Source: Octopus vulgaris | Taxonomy: Eukaryota | Reading direction: 5' to 3' | Length of the DNA stretch: 64,000 nt | NCBI GenBank assembly: GCA_951406725.2 | Contig: OX597818.1 | Span: 110,732,001-110,796,000, forward strand | Part shown: one piece after another, positions 13,691 to 27,549 of the stretch | Numbering within the stretch: position 1 is the stretch's first letter | Layout: every line of letters starts with the position of its first letter | Translations under genes and position numbers: made by a program | The notes under the pieces: model-generated | Told to the model about the DNA's origin: nothing | What the model saw: only the letters and a program-made list of their open reading frames with translations | The model's database searches: none

Positions 13691-14631
13691 GTTTTAAGAA
13701 GTCAACTGATGTGAATAATGTTAGGCAAATTCTTAAAGAAAATGTAAAACAATATACCAAAGTTGTAAACACATTACCAGCAGGAGATAATAAGAATGAT
13801 CTCTCTGGTGCAATGTTTCGACAGATGGCTGCCTCTTGTGGTATACATGTTGAAGACCCAAAATCTTTTTCTGATAGTTTCGATATGCAGCAGCCAGACA
13901 ATGAATTGACTAATGAAATTTTACCTAACAAAATTACCACAGTGACACTTCAAAAAACTAAGAATTCTTATGAGAATAAATTGTTGGATATTGAACCAGA
14001 GATGCAGTCGATGAAGCTGGAATATTCTGCAATTGAAGTTGTTTCGAAAAACTCCATGATGGATGCTTGGAAACCTGAGTGGATGAACAGTGGCCTGTCC
14101 AATAAAGCAAACCCAAGTCCTGATACCCAGTACAACATAATGCCACACCACTCACAAATCAATGGATGTAGCTCAGCATGTCAAAATTCTATAGGTTTTG
14201 AAACTTGCATAGAGAAGGCTAATGCCTTAAAATCAGAAAATGCTGATTGTATAACTGTTGGCCAGTTTGATCTGGTTGGTCAGAACATCTGCTTCCCTGG
14301 AAATAAAGACTATCCCAGGAGAATTACGAATCTACCAGTGGAAATAACTAGTGATGTGACATCCGAACAATTGGAACTAGACTCTTTGTCTTCGAAAATA
14401 AACAGTATGTCTACTCAGACAGAAGTTGTGGAGCCGGTGTACAAAAGTTCAGGACAAACAGTGACTTCCAACAAAGGAAACCAAATAAGTGTTTTGATGA
14501 TGGATGCTGCTGTTAATGTTAATCTCTGTGGATGTGCAGATAAAGGGAAGACTAGCAGTGCCAAAGAAATATCAACACAAACTGAATTGCCCTTCATAAG
14601 CAGTGGACAAGAAAAATCTATAAAGCAGTGG
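13691..14631 (+). CDS. DZIP3/TTC3-like protein, exon 3
   Basis: ctctttatag acceptor, TGG|GTAAGT donor, 941 nt open frame, phase 1 to 0. Confidence 0.85.
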
Positions 14632-14840
14632 GTAAGTAGAAAGTAAATATTTTAAGAGCCAGGTATGGTGGAGAAGAAATTGTTGGAATTTTAAATTATT
14701 GAAATTAAAATACTGAATTTATTGTTGAGCATGTTAATATCTATGTTGAAATTCCACTGTGGTGTTGTGGGGAGGTCATAAAATGTTAAAATATCCCTTG
14801 GTTCTGTTTATTTTCTGACCATTAATGAATTCTATTTCAG

Positions 14841-15765
14841 ATTCCTCCAGCAGACATTGACATAAACAAGCCGTTCATTGCTGATCAGAACTCAAACACT
14901 GGTTTATTTAATGGTTATGGTGACCAATTTTGTGTAAAATCAAATCTTCAGCAGACACCAAAGAGTCAGTTCAGAGATGCTGCAAATTATCCAGAATACA
15001 ATAGCTTTGCAGATGTTCCTATTTTCAATACGCCACCTCAGTCACCTGAAAATATTAATTGCGATGTCTCCTATGCTCGTAACACCTTCTGGAACAACAA
15101 CAACAACCGGCCTACTGAATCTCCTTGCTTCCAGGAACAAAACCTGCAAAATTTGAATGAAGTAAAACTGGATTTTAATCTCTACTGTTTGGTTTTGGAG
15201 AAGTTAAAGCAACAGTATCCAGCTCTAAATAAAGCACCCCAAGAATTACAGCTTCTTGCTAAAACTCAAACTCTCGCTCTTCAGGTTCAGAGATCTCAGA
15301 TGCATTACTCATTTCCTGATGAACCCAGAGCAATCACTAAAACAGTCGGTGCTCCAAAGGAGATGGAAGCCAATAAATTTTTCCATAATCTTTCGACTAC
15401 TGTTTCCTCCGAAAGAGACCTTGATTATGTCACACCTGATGACTCCACAACCAATAATTCAGCCACACGGCGCTATTCTGATACTCCAGACTTTAGGTGT
15501 TTGCTTAACCCACCTTATCGAAAGTTTCAGAATCTGCCATTTTCTCCAAAAGTGGATTATTATTCAAAACCAGTTTTGCCAGAAATTTCTTCTAAGATTT
15601 CTCAGATGGATTGGGGCTCTGTTGGATTCAGTCCCATAAAATATGAAGTAACAGACTCTGAAAAATGCGACGACCTTGATAATCTGAATTCTTCAAATGC
15701 AATTATGAAAAAAGCAGTGGAAAAAAGTACCTGGAATAGCCCTGTAATGTCCCCTTCAGTTATCG
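14841..15765 (+). CDS. DZIP3/TTC3-like protein, exon 4
   Basis: tctatttcag acceptor, G|GTAAGT donor, 925 nt open frame, phase 0 to 1. Confidence 0.85.
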
Positions 15766-16836
15766 GTAAGTTCATTTTTGGGGAACAGTTTATGAATATG
15801 ATTATACTTTGGTCAGAAATTCTTGTTTATTTACTTACAAGCTGGCCGAACCATTGGCACACCAGGGAGAATGCTTGGCATTTTTCCAGCTTTATGAGTT
15901 TAAATTCCACTGAAGTCAACTTTGCCTTTGAATACTGGGGGTCAGTGTAATCAATTTACCCCATTTCCTGAAATTGCTGGCCTTGTGCCAAAATTTGAAA
16001 CCTAGTGATGTACCTTTTTTATTTTTTCTCTGCTAATTTCTATTGCAGAAAGCTCCTTTTTTTTAGCAATCACTGTAAAATGTTATGATAGAGATCTGGT
16101 TGGCCATAGTTGACTGATATCCAGAATTTTCTGAATTACCTTAACTGTTAACCTCTCCAACAGCCTTGCACTGTCATTTACTTGTTTGTCACCGGCCATG
16201 CTGGGGCACTACCCTGAAGTATTTAAGCTGAACTAGTTGACCCTAGCAATTAATTTTTTTTTTAAGCCTGATAATTATTCTATCAGTGTCTCTTGCAGAA
16301 CCACTTAAATTACAGACATAAACACACCAACGCCACTTTTCAAGCAGTGGTGGGAGGCAGACACGAACTGATGAATTGCTTTCAGTTTGTCTACCAAATC
16401 CATTCACAAGGGCTCAAAGATATCGTGTAACACACTTGCCCGCAGTGGGATAGAACCTGAAACAGTGTGGTTGGGAAGCTAACTTCTTGCCACACCTGCA
16501 CCATCACATCATTTCATTTATAAGGATTTGAGGGGTTTAGTTCACTAGTGATCAAAGCGAATAGGTATGCTGATTAAGTGCTATAATTGGTCATCCGTTA
16601 GGTTTCATGATCACAGCCCAGGCTGGAGCTAAGCATCTATATTAGGCTTCAGAGTTGGTAGGTATTTCTCCAATATATTATATATATTGTTTTGTCATTT
16701 GACTGCGGCCATGCTGGAGCACTGCCTTTAGTCGAACAAATCAACCCCAGTACTTATTCTATCGGTCTCTTTTGCCGAACTGCTAAGTTACAAGGATGTT
16801 AACACACCAACATTGGTTGTCAAGCGATGGTGGGGG

Positions 16837-16878
<42 letters not shown>

Positions 16879-17229
16879 CAGGCTTCTTTCAGTTTCCATC
16901 TACTAAATCCACTCACAAGGCTTTGGTTGGCCCAAGGTTATAGGGTTACAGGTACACTTGCCCAAGGTGCCACAGGTGAGACTGATATATATATATATAA
17001 TTCTCTATTTCTAATTATTGATAATTTTAGTCAAAATGTCATCAAAATATTTATTAAATGTATTATCAAAGCCATTTTAATCTTTAGAGCATAGAATTTT
17101 TTCCAAGATTATTATACCTCATTAGTTATTATAACTAATTTAACTGAAAATATTTCATTTATGGTATTTTTTAAAAACTAATCCATGATTCATAAATTAT
17201 TTTAAAAGATTGGAATTTTGTACTTTCAG

Positions 17230-17318
17230 CAAAAGCTAACCTGAGGTATCAAAGCCCAAACTCCAAAGACTGCCTTGCTGTCACCCCCAATGAATTTCAT
17301 GGAAATAATTTCCAGCAG
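17230..17318 (+). CDS. DZIP3/TTC3-like protein, exon 5
   Basis: tactttcag acceptor, CAG|GTACTT donor, phase 1 to 0 (AKANLRYQSP...NFQQ). Confidence 0.75.
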
Positions 17319-17420
17319 GTACTTATCAGGAAGATGTTGTTTTGGATTTAGACACTAACATTGGTTTAGTAAACTACCATTGGGAACTTTGCTTTTTTTT
17401 TTTTTTTTTCCCCCATTCAG

Positions 17421-17563
17421 GCTTTTAAAAGAAAAAAAAGACTTCAGTTTGCAATGGAACAGACCAAACGAAATGTGAATGCTAAAATTGATGCAAATAT
17501 CAGAAAGGGAAATTATGAAAGGCTGGTTCAAGTCATGCAAGAAAGACTGCCAAATACCGATAG
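17421..17563 (+). CDS. DZIP3/TTC3-like protein, exon 6
   Basis: Long polypyrimidine tract + cag; AFKRKKRLQF...NYERLVQVMQERLPNTD; AG|GTAGGA donor, phase 0 to 2. Confidence 0.85.
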
Positions 17564-18038
17564 GTAGGAGTTTCTGACTTGAGTTTTTCTAAAATAAAAT
17601 GCAAACAATTTTCAATCCTATGTTTTATGGCCAGCTGTAGTTTTTCTTCTAGGTCTTGTGGCGTTTGGTGTGTGTGAGATTTTTAAATGAAAATTAAACT
17701 TTAATGGACATTTCATGAAATTGACTGAATTCTTTTTAAAAAGAAAATAACTTTAAAAGATTTCCAATTTTGATGAGGAAAATAATGTAATTTAAAGAAA
17801 CTTTTTGAAACTAGTGTGCATGCCTCAGTTCATTTGAATTCCAGTTCATAAATTTGAAAGATGCTCAAATTTGGGTTTGAAAATAAACAGGAATCTGATT
17901 TGTCACTGGAAATGGTCTTAAGGATCAGAAGTAAAACTAATTCTGACTGATCATTGTTTCATATGTTTCAATGGCAATTGATTTTTTTTTTAGCTTTAAT
18001 TCTATTGTTGATATAATTACAAATGTTTTTCCTTCTAG

Positions 18039-18165
18039 AACAAAAGTAGATGACCTCATTAGAGAAGTAAGGCGTCGTAAAAATGGGCTTGGTGGTTTGA
18101 CTATGAGAGAAATAGTTCTAGAAGCAAAGTCAATACTTCAAGAGAAAAATAAGATATTTGCAAAT
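18039..18165 (+). CDS. DZIP3/TTC3-like protein, exon 7 (helical domain)
   Basis: ttttccttctag acceptor; RTKVDDLIREVRRRKNGLGGLTMREIVLEAKSIL matches the TTC3/DZIP3 pre-RING helical pattern (I..VR....L.GL...EIV); AAT|GTAAGT donor. Confidence 0.85.
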
Positions 18166-21100
18166 GTAAGTACATTTTTGTTTTTTTTTTCTTCTTAATA
18201 TATCAATATTAATCATTTCTATATCAAATTAAAAATAAAGAGCAGGTAATCATACTTCAATTATGAATTAAGACTTTGACTCCCAAATTGCTTACAGATA
18301 ATTGGGGTAAATAATAAAATGGCTTCTATGACCATGTAATTTCAATAATTTGGATCTGTGTAGTTGGTTGGAATCCTGTTTGATTTATTTTTAAAAATAA
18401 CTTTGAAGTAAAATCTTTCTTTCAGTGAATTGATTTGATTAGATCTATTGAACTGCTGCTGGTTGATTGCTTTGTACACTAGAAGCAAAATTAAAACCAC
18501 TTTCTTTCATTATTGACAATTGTTACTTCAATTATCAAAACCATGGCTTTACTCTTAACCCTTGATGTATATTGCCTTCATTTCAGCTAATTTTGAAAAT
18601 ATATTAAAGTACTTTTAAGGGGTTTGGAATTTCAGTATGCTTCCATTTAGATCACTTTAGCATGTCTCAGTCCAACCCATGCTAGCATGGAAAGCGGACG
18701 TTAAACGATGATGATGATGATTGTAGAATTTGGTAGTAATCTTGTGCATTTTGGTGTCAAAATGGCTAATATCAACTGTTCAGTTTTTTTCCATACATAG
18801 TCAATGGCTATTCAAATTTGTCTTGATTCAATGACCTTTTGTTTCCTGTATGAATGTAAATCAATTACTGAATAACTCCCTCTCATTTTCCTGTATTTTG
18901 GCTAGTCAAACAGCAAAATAAAATTTTAACATGCTATAGCCTAGTTGTTTAAGTATTGTATTATATTTGAACGTTAAATCCCTTGCAGGTTGTCTTTTCA
19001 CCCTCCGAAGGCAGGTGTAAACAACTATATCCCTCCCCAAAAATGCAACCTTGCTCCTAAACTAGAAATTATTGAATGTTTGAAACTTGCTATTAGAATA
19101 ATAATTCTATAGGCTGCTAGTAACTTGAGGAGCTGGTGATCAGCTCTTATTGTTTGGGACAGGATTCAAATTGGTGACTAGGATTATTATTACTAGCCTT
19201 AAAATTCTTTAATGATGGTTAATTTTCCCAACAATAAACAATATTTAAGCATTACATCTCTACATTTTTTCCTCATATCCCTTGCTTCAGTTCTATTATC
19301 CTCTATACTTTTTTTTTCATTCAATTAAGCTTTTTCTATTTTTTTTTTCCCTTGGATTTTTTCTGTGAGACTATAATGCTACACTATTTATATTGTATGT
19401 CTGTCGTAGGAAAGATAGTCATAAACCTTCCTCTACATTCAAAATGCAGAAAGCTATTTGATAATTATAGAGCAAATGAAATTTAAATTCTATCTATTTA
19501 GCTAATACACAGTCCTGAAATTAAATTTTATTAATAGATATTTTTAATTTTAAAGACAGCAATGGCCATGACCTTTAGCAGGTCCTTTGAGATTGGTAAC
19601 CTGTTTAGCTTGAGGAAAGTCATTCCATTGTGCACTGTTTCGGAGAAGTAAATATTAAATATAATGCTTAGTGAAAGACCTAGAAGAGATAGTATGCAAC
19701 TTTCTAGTTCAGAGCAGCACAATGTATGGCACTGAATAGTCTAAGTGAATTGATTATTGATTTTCATAATCTTTGTAATTTTCTCTTTATCAAACCAAAT
19801 TTAAAAATATTAAAATCTGTAAGTTCTTTAATTTTTGATAAAAAATTATATTTTCACATATGTAATTTCATTGAATGTTATGTTTACACAATCGTGTAAG
19901 CCTGAGAGAGAAAGAGCCAGTTAATTACATTGACCCTAGTGCTTGGCTGGTATCTATTTCATTGACCCAGAATATAAAGATGAATGAAATGCCACTAAGC
20001 ATTTTGTCTAGCATGGTCATGATTCTACCAGCTTCCTGCCTTATGTTTACACAATGTAAACATTCGTTGCACTGACTTTTATTTCTGTAGAAACCATGAA
20101 GCAATGAACTCTTTTGTGATGTATTTTAACCCCCAATATTAAATTTAACGTCTTTACTGTTATTATTTTAGTTGAACCAGTGAGAAAACTTATGAATGGT
20201 AGTAAAATCTCCCTTAAGTTGTTTAGATTGTGCAAATGATTACAAAAATAGTTATGGCTGGAATACTTAATCATAGATCTCCTCTGACAGCAGGCTGGGG
20301 ACTGGCCAATTCTGGTTAATTTCATTTCTATCTTTAATATATCAATACTAAACATTTAATTCTCACCGAATTATCAATGTTATCCTAATACTGTTCCTGC
20401 TTCTCAGTTAGCAAAATAATGTTGCTGTACTTCGGATATCTCTGAGAAGTATAAATTTTTGTCAATCATCCCACTGATATTTAAATTTCTCTCTCAAATG
20501 ACTTAATAGGCTAAGCTTTTGCTCTCTCTCTCTCTCTTTCTCTCTCTCTCTGGATGCAGTATATCAAAATATCTATTGGTCACTACATAAGATTATCTGC
20601 TTTGTGTTTTTAAACTTTAGATTCTAATTAATGCCCAAAATCCTGTTGCATAAATCCTAGACCTACATTGTATTATGAAATACTTGATAGCCTTTTTCAC
20701 TCCCTGGTGGTGTATAAATACCATTGAAATGGACAATGAGAAACGGTGCCCTTGGGGTAGTTTCCTTCTGAAATATACTTGTGTATGTCATCATGTCATC
20801 ATCCACTTTATAAGTGTGTGCTTAATAGGTCAGTTACACAACCTGATCAGATTGGAGGGTCATTGGAAAATCTGTAAGAAAGTGGATGAAATGCAAATGA
20901 CTGTCCAAAAGAGTTTGAGCACTTGTATGGGTTATTGTTGGGTGGATGTATACATAGTGGTACCAACACTTAGTGACTGATTAGATGAATTAACAAGTGA
21001 AGACAAAACCCTATGAAGGAAGCAGTAACTCAGGCATTGTAGTGTAAGTGGGTACATGCTGATCTGATACATGTGCTTTATGATAGGCAATAAGGGTGGG

Positions 21101-22159
21101 ATGGAGCTGGGTAGATCCAGTGAGATCTAATTAAACTTGGATGCACAGTATGGTGAGTAGGAGACCACTACTGCTGTACTTTGTTGCAGTGGCAGCGTAG
21201 CACTGTGAAAAGAAGATTATCAATTTTTGCATGCCTCTGTGGATGAACACTGATACTGCTGATCAACATGTATTAGTGCAAAGCAGCACTGTTAATTATA
21301 GCCTCTCGCATAAGAAATGCTGTCAACTAGAGCCAATTGAGATAATGCATTTCTTGAGTGCTTACATCCCCCACTACTCTGTATATCTGTTATTTACACT
21401 GGGCACACCTAACGGGATTTCTACCAGCTCCTCTCTTGCATATAAAACAGTTATTTCCCTGGTGTCATCAGGGTCCCATTCCCCTTCATTTTAAGTCCAT
21501 TTTCCATGTTGGCGTGGGTCTGACAGGATCCTAAGGCCAGTGTCTGGCATGGTTTCTATGGCTGGATACCATTCCTAACACCAACCATCTTACATTGTGT
21601 ATTGGATGCTTTTTCTTTTTCACACCACTGGTACTAGTGAGGTCCATTGTGCAGCATTCAAGCCTACAAGACCCAAGGTGGGAGCATCTCTATACTGGGG
21701 GGAGGGGGGTAAGGTATTAGAGAAAGGGTTGGGGGTGGAGCAGATTCTTGTAGAGTTGTACATGACAACTTACATTTAGGACAGTGAGTGAAAATGAACC
21801 TGTGGTGGTGAGGTGTGTATTGGGGACAGACGCTAGGAGGAGGGAGTTGCAAGATAGACAAAGAAAAGGCTGGCAGGCGACATTTTTAAAGATTGGGGAG
21901 GGTTGATGAGTGGGTGGAGAAGTGAGAGATGGTCAGTGGTGCACATGTTGGGGAAGTTAGGATTCTAGCAGCGAGATAGGAATCTTCATCATTTGATGTC
22001 CATTTTCCATGCTGGCATGGGTTGAACAATTTGACAGGAGGACTGCACAAGGACTGTGAAGGGGAAACATCAGTGGAGGAGGAGAGAAGGAATTGGATGA
22101 TCAGGGGGTTTTTTTTCCAGTTTTTTCATGTCCTCTGTATACATGTATTATATACCTTT

Positions 22160-22550
22160 CCTTGCTTGTCATTTGACTGTGGACATGCTGGAGCACTGCC
22201 TTTAGTTGAACAAATTGCCCCCAGAACTTTGTAAGCCTAATACTTAATCTATTGATCTCTTTTGCCAAACTGCTAAGTTACAGATGTAAACACACCAGCA
22301 TCAGTTGTCAAGTGATGGTGGGGGAGACAAATACACACACACACACACACACACACACAGATATATATATATAAACATATATACATACACTGGGCTTCTT
22401 TCAGTTTCCATGTACCAAATCCACTCACTGGCTTTGGTTGGCCCAAGGCTATAGAAGACACTTGCTCAAGGTGCCACGCAATAGAACTGAACTCGGAACC
22501 AAGTGGTTGGGAAGCAAACTTCTTACCACACCACCACTTCTGTGCCTGCA
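22160..22550 (-). mobile_element. tRNA-derived SINE with internal (TA)n(TG)n tract (representative copy)
   Basis: Minus-strand head ...GGTAAGAAGTTTGCTTCCCAACCAC...CACCTTGAGCAAGTGTCTTC, tail GCTCCAGCATG.CCACAGTCAAATGAC. Further copies near 215-440, 535-1190, 7340-7530, 16180-16985, 24850-25225, 26460-26730, 40800-41410, 42805-43100, 47635-47925, 49375-49645, 63375-63665. Confidence 0.8.
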
Positions 22551-22719
22551 TGTGTGTATATATTAAACAAATCTCTTAATTTTAAATAATTTCCTGTTAA
22601 ATGTCTAAATCAGTGTTTCTCAACCTTTTTACCCTTGCGTAACCCTTAAAATAAATTATATGTCTCAAGGAATCTCTGCACCAAAAAAGTTATATACCAT
22701 ATTTTTGTCATTGTAATTC

Positions 22720-24450
22720 ATGTGGTAGGTCTCGGGAATGGCTATGAGAACGAAAATGGGCCCCAACTATGCAAACCTATTCATTGGCTACATATATTTC
22801 AAGTTTCACTGGTCCCACTCTCGAACTACATGGCCATTATATTGACAACTGTATCAGTGCAACCTCACTCTCCCGCGAACATCTACACTCCTTCCTCTCT
22901 TTTGTCAAACCTTTCCATCCTGCCCTCCACTTCTGCACTATCTCTAACACCTGTCTCCTTTCTTGACATTTCAGTCAGCATTCATCACTCCACACTTACC
23001 ACCTCCATCCACTACAAACACACACTCACTCATATCTCAACTTCTCCTCCTCCTCCCACCCTAAACACACCAAGCTTTCCATCCCCTATTCCCAATTCCT
23101 CCATCTACGCAGGCTCTGTAGTGACAACCATGACTATGAAACTCAGTCTCAACTCATGGCTTGCTACATCATCCTACATGGTTATCCCCTCTCTACTATC
23201 CACACCGCCCTTGCCAGAGCACATTCTGTGGACCATGCATCTGCTCTCTCCACCCGCCCCGCCATCTCCCGTATCCCTTCACCTACCACCCTACCTCTCC
23301 AACGCACCATTCTCCAATCCTTCTGACAACTCCAGTCCGACCCTTCCACTTCACACATCTTCCTTAACTGATCCCTCCCCCTCCTTCAAACGAGCCCACA
23401 ACCTACGAGACTTCTTGGTCCACAGCTTCTTCCCTAACCCAACCCAGCTCGTTCCCCTGCTGCTGCACTTGCCCTTACCTCTCCAACACCACCTTCCTCA
23501 CCGGCACCCATCATCGACCCTATCAAATCACTGACTCCTTCACCTGCACTTCTACCAATGTCATCTACTGCATCTCCTGCTCTCTCTGCCCTTCTCTATA
23601 CATCAGGGAAACGGGACGCTGCTTGGCTGACCAGTTCGTGGAAACGTCTGCGCATCTAACTCAGCAATGACACCCCGGTCTCATGCCATTTCTGTACTAC
23701 TGGTGTGTTCAGATTGTTCTTGCACAGGAGCCATCCGGACTCCCATTTGCACCATAAACAGGGATTAATCTCTCTACCCTCCTTTGTGCCACATGGGCCC
23801 AACTCTCCTCACCTCTTCATCTAACCTCTTCCCCTTTCCTCTCTCACACCTACTTCCTCCCACCCACTTCTCTTCACACCTACCCACCTACTCCCCTCTT
23901 TGTCACTCCTCCCTCGTAACCCCATCCCTAGACAAGCCAACCCCACCTTCCCTATCCATCCAATTCCACCCCACTCCCACATACCCCACATCTACCCCCA
24001 CCCTCAGCCTAACCCACCACACCATACACTACCATACCACACAACACCATATCACATCACACCATCATGCACTGACCACTTCCCAGCCCCACATCCACAC
24101 ACCTACACATATGCACACGTCAAGGTCACCAGCCCTCTTCCACATGCACATACATGCTCTCTTATACACACACACACACACACGCGCGCACCTTCATTTT
24201 GGGATCACCACTATATTATCTCCCCTTCTTCCAGCTCTACTGTGTAACCCCTCTGTCCGGCATTCGCCATGATAGATTGCTAGCCACTACACATTTTTTA
24301 TTTTCTCTCCTTGTTCCTTTCTGTGCAAGAGCATAGGCTCGAAACATAAGACTTTCTCACTTCTCGAGCATTAAATTAATACATCTGTTTGTTGTCTATG
24401 CCACCTGTCTGTCTTTTTGTGAATTCTCCCTTTATATATATATATATATA
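22720..24450 (+). mobile_element. 5'-truncated Penelope-like retroelement (RT + GIY-YIG endonuclease + pLTR)
   Basis: Frameshifted GMAMRTKMGPNYANLFIG, HYIDN (RYIDD), VSFLDISV, SIPYSQFLHLRRLCS, then FTCTSTNVIYCISCSLCPSLYIRETGR (GIY-YIG); ends in a pLTR-like tail and (TA)n. Confidence 0.88.
24316..24352 (+). ncRNA. Degenerate minimal hammerhead-like motif in Penelope pLTR
   Basis: CTGTGCAA-GAGC-ATAG-GCTC-GAAA-CATA: stem II and GAAA intact, CUGANGA box degenerate; expected position for PLE hammerheads. Confidence 0.45.
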
Positions 24451-24612
24451 TTTGGTTGCTGCTATTTTTGTTATTTGATAACATAATAGGTTAGACAGGA
24501 TGATGCCTATATTACAATAACTAATAATGTTGTGCATGTATAGTAATATTATGATCGTGAAATTAGCTTTGGCTTATCTCACTTTTTCTCGTGGAACCAC
24601 TGATCTAAATCA

Positions 24613-24650
<38 letters not shown>

Positions 24651-25409
24651 TATATATTGTATCTGTAAAGATTCTTTGGTTTTATTCCATAGTTTATAGC
24701 ATTATAGATTTAGATGGCTACAGAAATGATAATGACTTGCACTAAGATGGCTGCATGGAATTGGCTGGTCTTCTAATTTTTGAGTCCTGTGGATAAACTG
24801 TTCTCCAGTGTCCCCTGCTATTAATCTCTCCACCACCATCACTGAAATCAGTTGGTTGCGTGGTAAGGCGTTTTCTGCCCAACCACGTGGTTCTGGTTTC
24901 AGTCTCACTGCACAGTACATTGGTGTCGGGTGTCTTCTTCTGTGACCCTACCCACTCACCAAGTTGATCAAAGCTTTGTGAGGATTTGGTTGACAGGAAA
25001 CTGAAAGAAGCTTGTATATAAATATGCATGTTTAAGTTTACCCCCACCAACCACTACTTGTTAACCAGTGTTTGTTTACATCCCCATAACTTAGTGGTTC
25101 AGTAAAAGAGGCTGATGTAACAAGTGCCAAACTTTGAAAACAAAAGTACTGAGATCAATTTGTTTGACTATAACCTTTCAAGATTGTGCTCCAGCATGGC
25201 CACAGTTCATTGGCTGAAACAAGAGAAATGAGGGAACATTACAAGAAACTATTACAGTTGTGTGTGTCCTTATACAGTTGTACAATGATTCCTTGTTCCT
25301 CTCTTCTCTCCCACTGTTACCACTTCCATCCACTCATCACCAATATCACTTTGATTTTACTTGCCATTTATTGTGTATAACTCTTCCTCCTCCTTCAGCC
25401 TTTTTTAAT

Positions 25410-26363
25410 GACCAGTTGGTATTTAAAAAAGTTCCCAGACTAATTATGTTTAATAAAAAAAAAATACCTTAGTTACCCAAGTATCAACATCATATTCAAA
25501 ATAGTCCCCTTGCACAGCAGTATACCAGTTCCAGCATTTCTGCCACTTTTGGAATCTGACCTGGAAGTTATTTTCCATAAGCAAATTAAGGACCTTCTGC
25601 AATTTGCTCTGGATCATGACCAGTGTTAGAATGGCAACCTTTGACCTGCGTTTCCATCTTGAGGAAGAAATGGAAGCCTGCAGTTGCTAAATCTGGCAAA
25701 TAGGGCAGGTGTTGAAGTGATATTTTATTTTTGACGAGAAACTCCCAAGTGAGGAGAGCTCAGTGACAGGGTACATTGTCATTGTGAAGGATCCAGTTCT
25801 TCATGCTCCACAGCTCAGGTCCCTTTCACCAGATGTCATCCCTCAAATGCTTCAAAACTCGATTGATGGTCTGCCCCTTGGGGACAAATTCTCAATACAC
25901 AATATCACAAATGTCAGCAAAAACAATGAGCATGTTCTTGATTAAGCTGTGGCTGTTGTGCTTTGTTTGGTGACTTTCCTCCCCATTTCTTGGGCTTGAT
26001 GCTTCTGGCAGGTCTTGCAGGGACAGTCTTCCACTTTTGAAATACCCATGTCACTTGAAATATTGCATACAACCCACTCCCTCTCGCTGCAAGCATGCTC
26101 AATGACTCTGCAGCAAACATCCCAAGTTTAATTTCGTGTTGGCTCTTTGTTCCAGCTTCCTCTCCACAACAAAACTGCACACTATAGCATACATGTGATT
26201 GCAAAAACGAAAATTTCCCAATTTGTAAAGCAAACACAGCAATGTCACTCGGCACATTGCCCCCTGAAGGTCACTACTAGCTCTCACTGCACATACAATC
26301 ATGTGCTGCCGACTGTTGGTGTGCTACAGAACTAATCTGGGAACTCCTTCATATCACCTTGTA
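25410..26363 (-). mobile_element. Internally deleted, decayed mariner
   Basis: Degenerate TIRs (AAAAGTTCCCAGACTAATT / AACTAATCTGGGAACT); minus-strand C-terminus FQKWQKCW...QGDYFE. Confidence 0.7.
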
Positions 26364-27549
26364 TCTCTCTTCCTCTTCTCCCTTAAACTGTTCTGTATTC
26401 ATGTGACAGTTCAACCAAAAGACAATGCATCTTGTTAGATGTGTCCCTGCATACAGGGCTCTCTGGTATGTTCAGTCCCACTGTGTGGCACCTTGGGCAA
26501 GTGTCTTCTACAATCTCAGGCTAGCCGAAGCCTTATGAGTGGATTTGATAAACAGAAACTGAAAAATGCACATTTTGTGTCTGTGTTTGCTCTCTCCCAC
26601 TTGGACAACCAGTGTCCCCTTAACTTAGCAGTTCACCAAAATATGAATAAGTACCAGGTTTTAAAAACAAATTACTGGGGTTGATTTCAGCATGGCCACA
26701 GTCTAATGACTGAAACAAGTAAAAAGAAAAACATGATAAATCTAAGAAGCAACAGGAAGGATATTCAATTGTAAAACATTTCCTTAGTAAAAACTGTCCA
26801 ACCCATGCCAGCATGGGAAAGCAGATGTAGAAACGATATGTTACGTATAGCTTACATTACAACTCGTTATCTGAGGAGACCGGTCCTTACATCTTACATC
26901 TGACCATGTTGTGAGAAGGTCAAGTATGCCTGTCTTGTAACAGAAAAGCTGGTTTGGGGGGTAGCTCAAGAGGAAAATAATAAAGCATTTATTGGTATCC
27001 TGCCATCTGAGAGTATCCGTGTCTAAAGGATATTGTATCACTGTAAAGCAACAGAATAAACAACCATCTTGATTTTTACCATTTGGTGGGAGTATGAAGA
27101 GGTTGTTGCTATTGTTTCCAGCTGACCATGGGGGAAAAGCATTGCTGCAGGAAGCAAAGTCCAGCTATTTTCAGTGATTGTCCTTTGACTCTTGTTAATT
27201 GCAAAACTGGAAGTCTCTTGAATCCAAAGGACATGTCTGCTGGAATTAGTGGAATTTTTTGGAATAAACACATTTTATCCCTTTTCTAATTTTTCTTTTT
27301 TTTGTCCAGTGAGGATTGTTGCTTCCAAAAGATCATCATCGTTTAACATCCGTTTTCCATGATAGCATGGGTTGGATGGTTCGACCGGGGTCTGGGAAGC
27401 CTGGAGGCTGCACCAGGCTCCAGTCTGATTTGGCAGTGTTTCTACAGCTTGATGCCCTTCCTAACGCAAACCACTCCATGAGTGTAGTGGGTGCTTTTTA
27501 CGTGCCACCGGCACAGGTGCCAGGGAAGGCTGGCATCGGCCAGTGAATG

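Larger units (their letters stand above)
22611..24602. mobile_element. hAT MITE interrupted by a Penelope-like element
   Basis: Ends CAGTGTTTCTC / GTGGAACCACTG; 8-bp TSD GTCTAAAT (22603-10) / ATCTAAAT (24603-10). Confidence 0.7.

Noticed and set aside
19556-20200. Extra exons of the RING gene (~19556 and ~20172)
   Set aside because: Splice-like sites exist but phases do not link cleanly to the phase-0 RING exon and there is no recognisable homology; not excluded without RNA data.
22722-23534. 270-aa Pro/Ser-rich gene
   Set aside because: Mostly off-frame reading of the Penelope RT.
23784-24272. His/Pro/Thr-rich ORF
   Set aside because: Low-complexity C/A-rich PLE 3' region.
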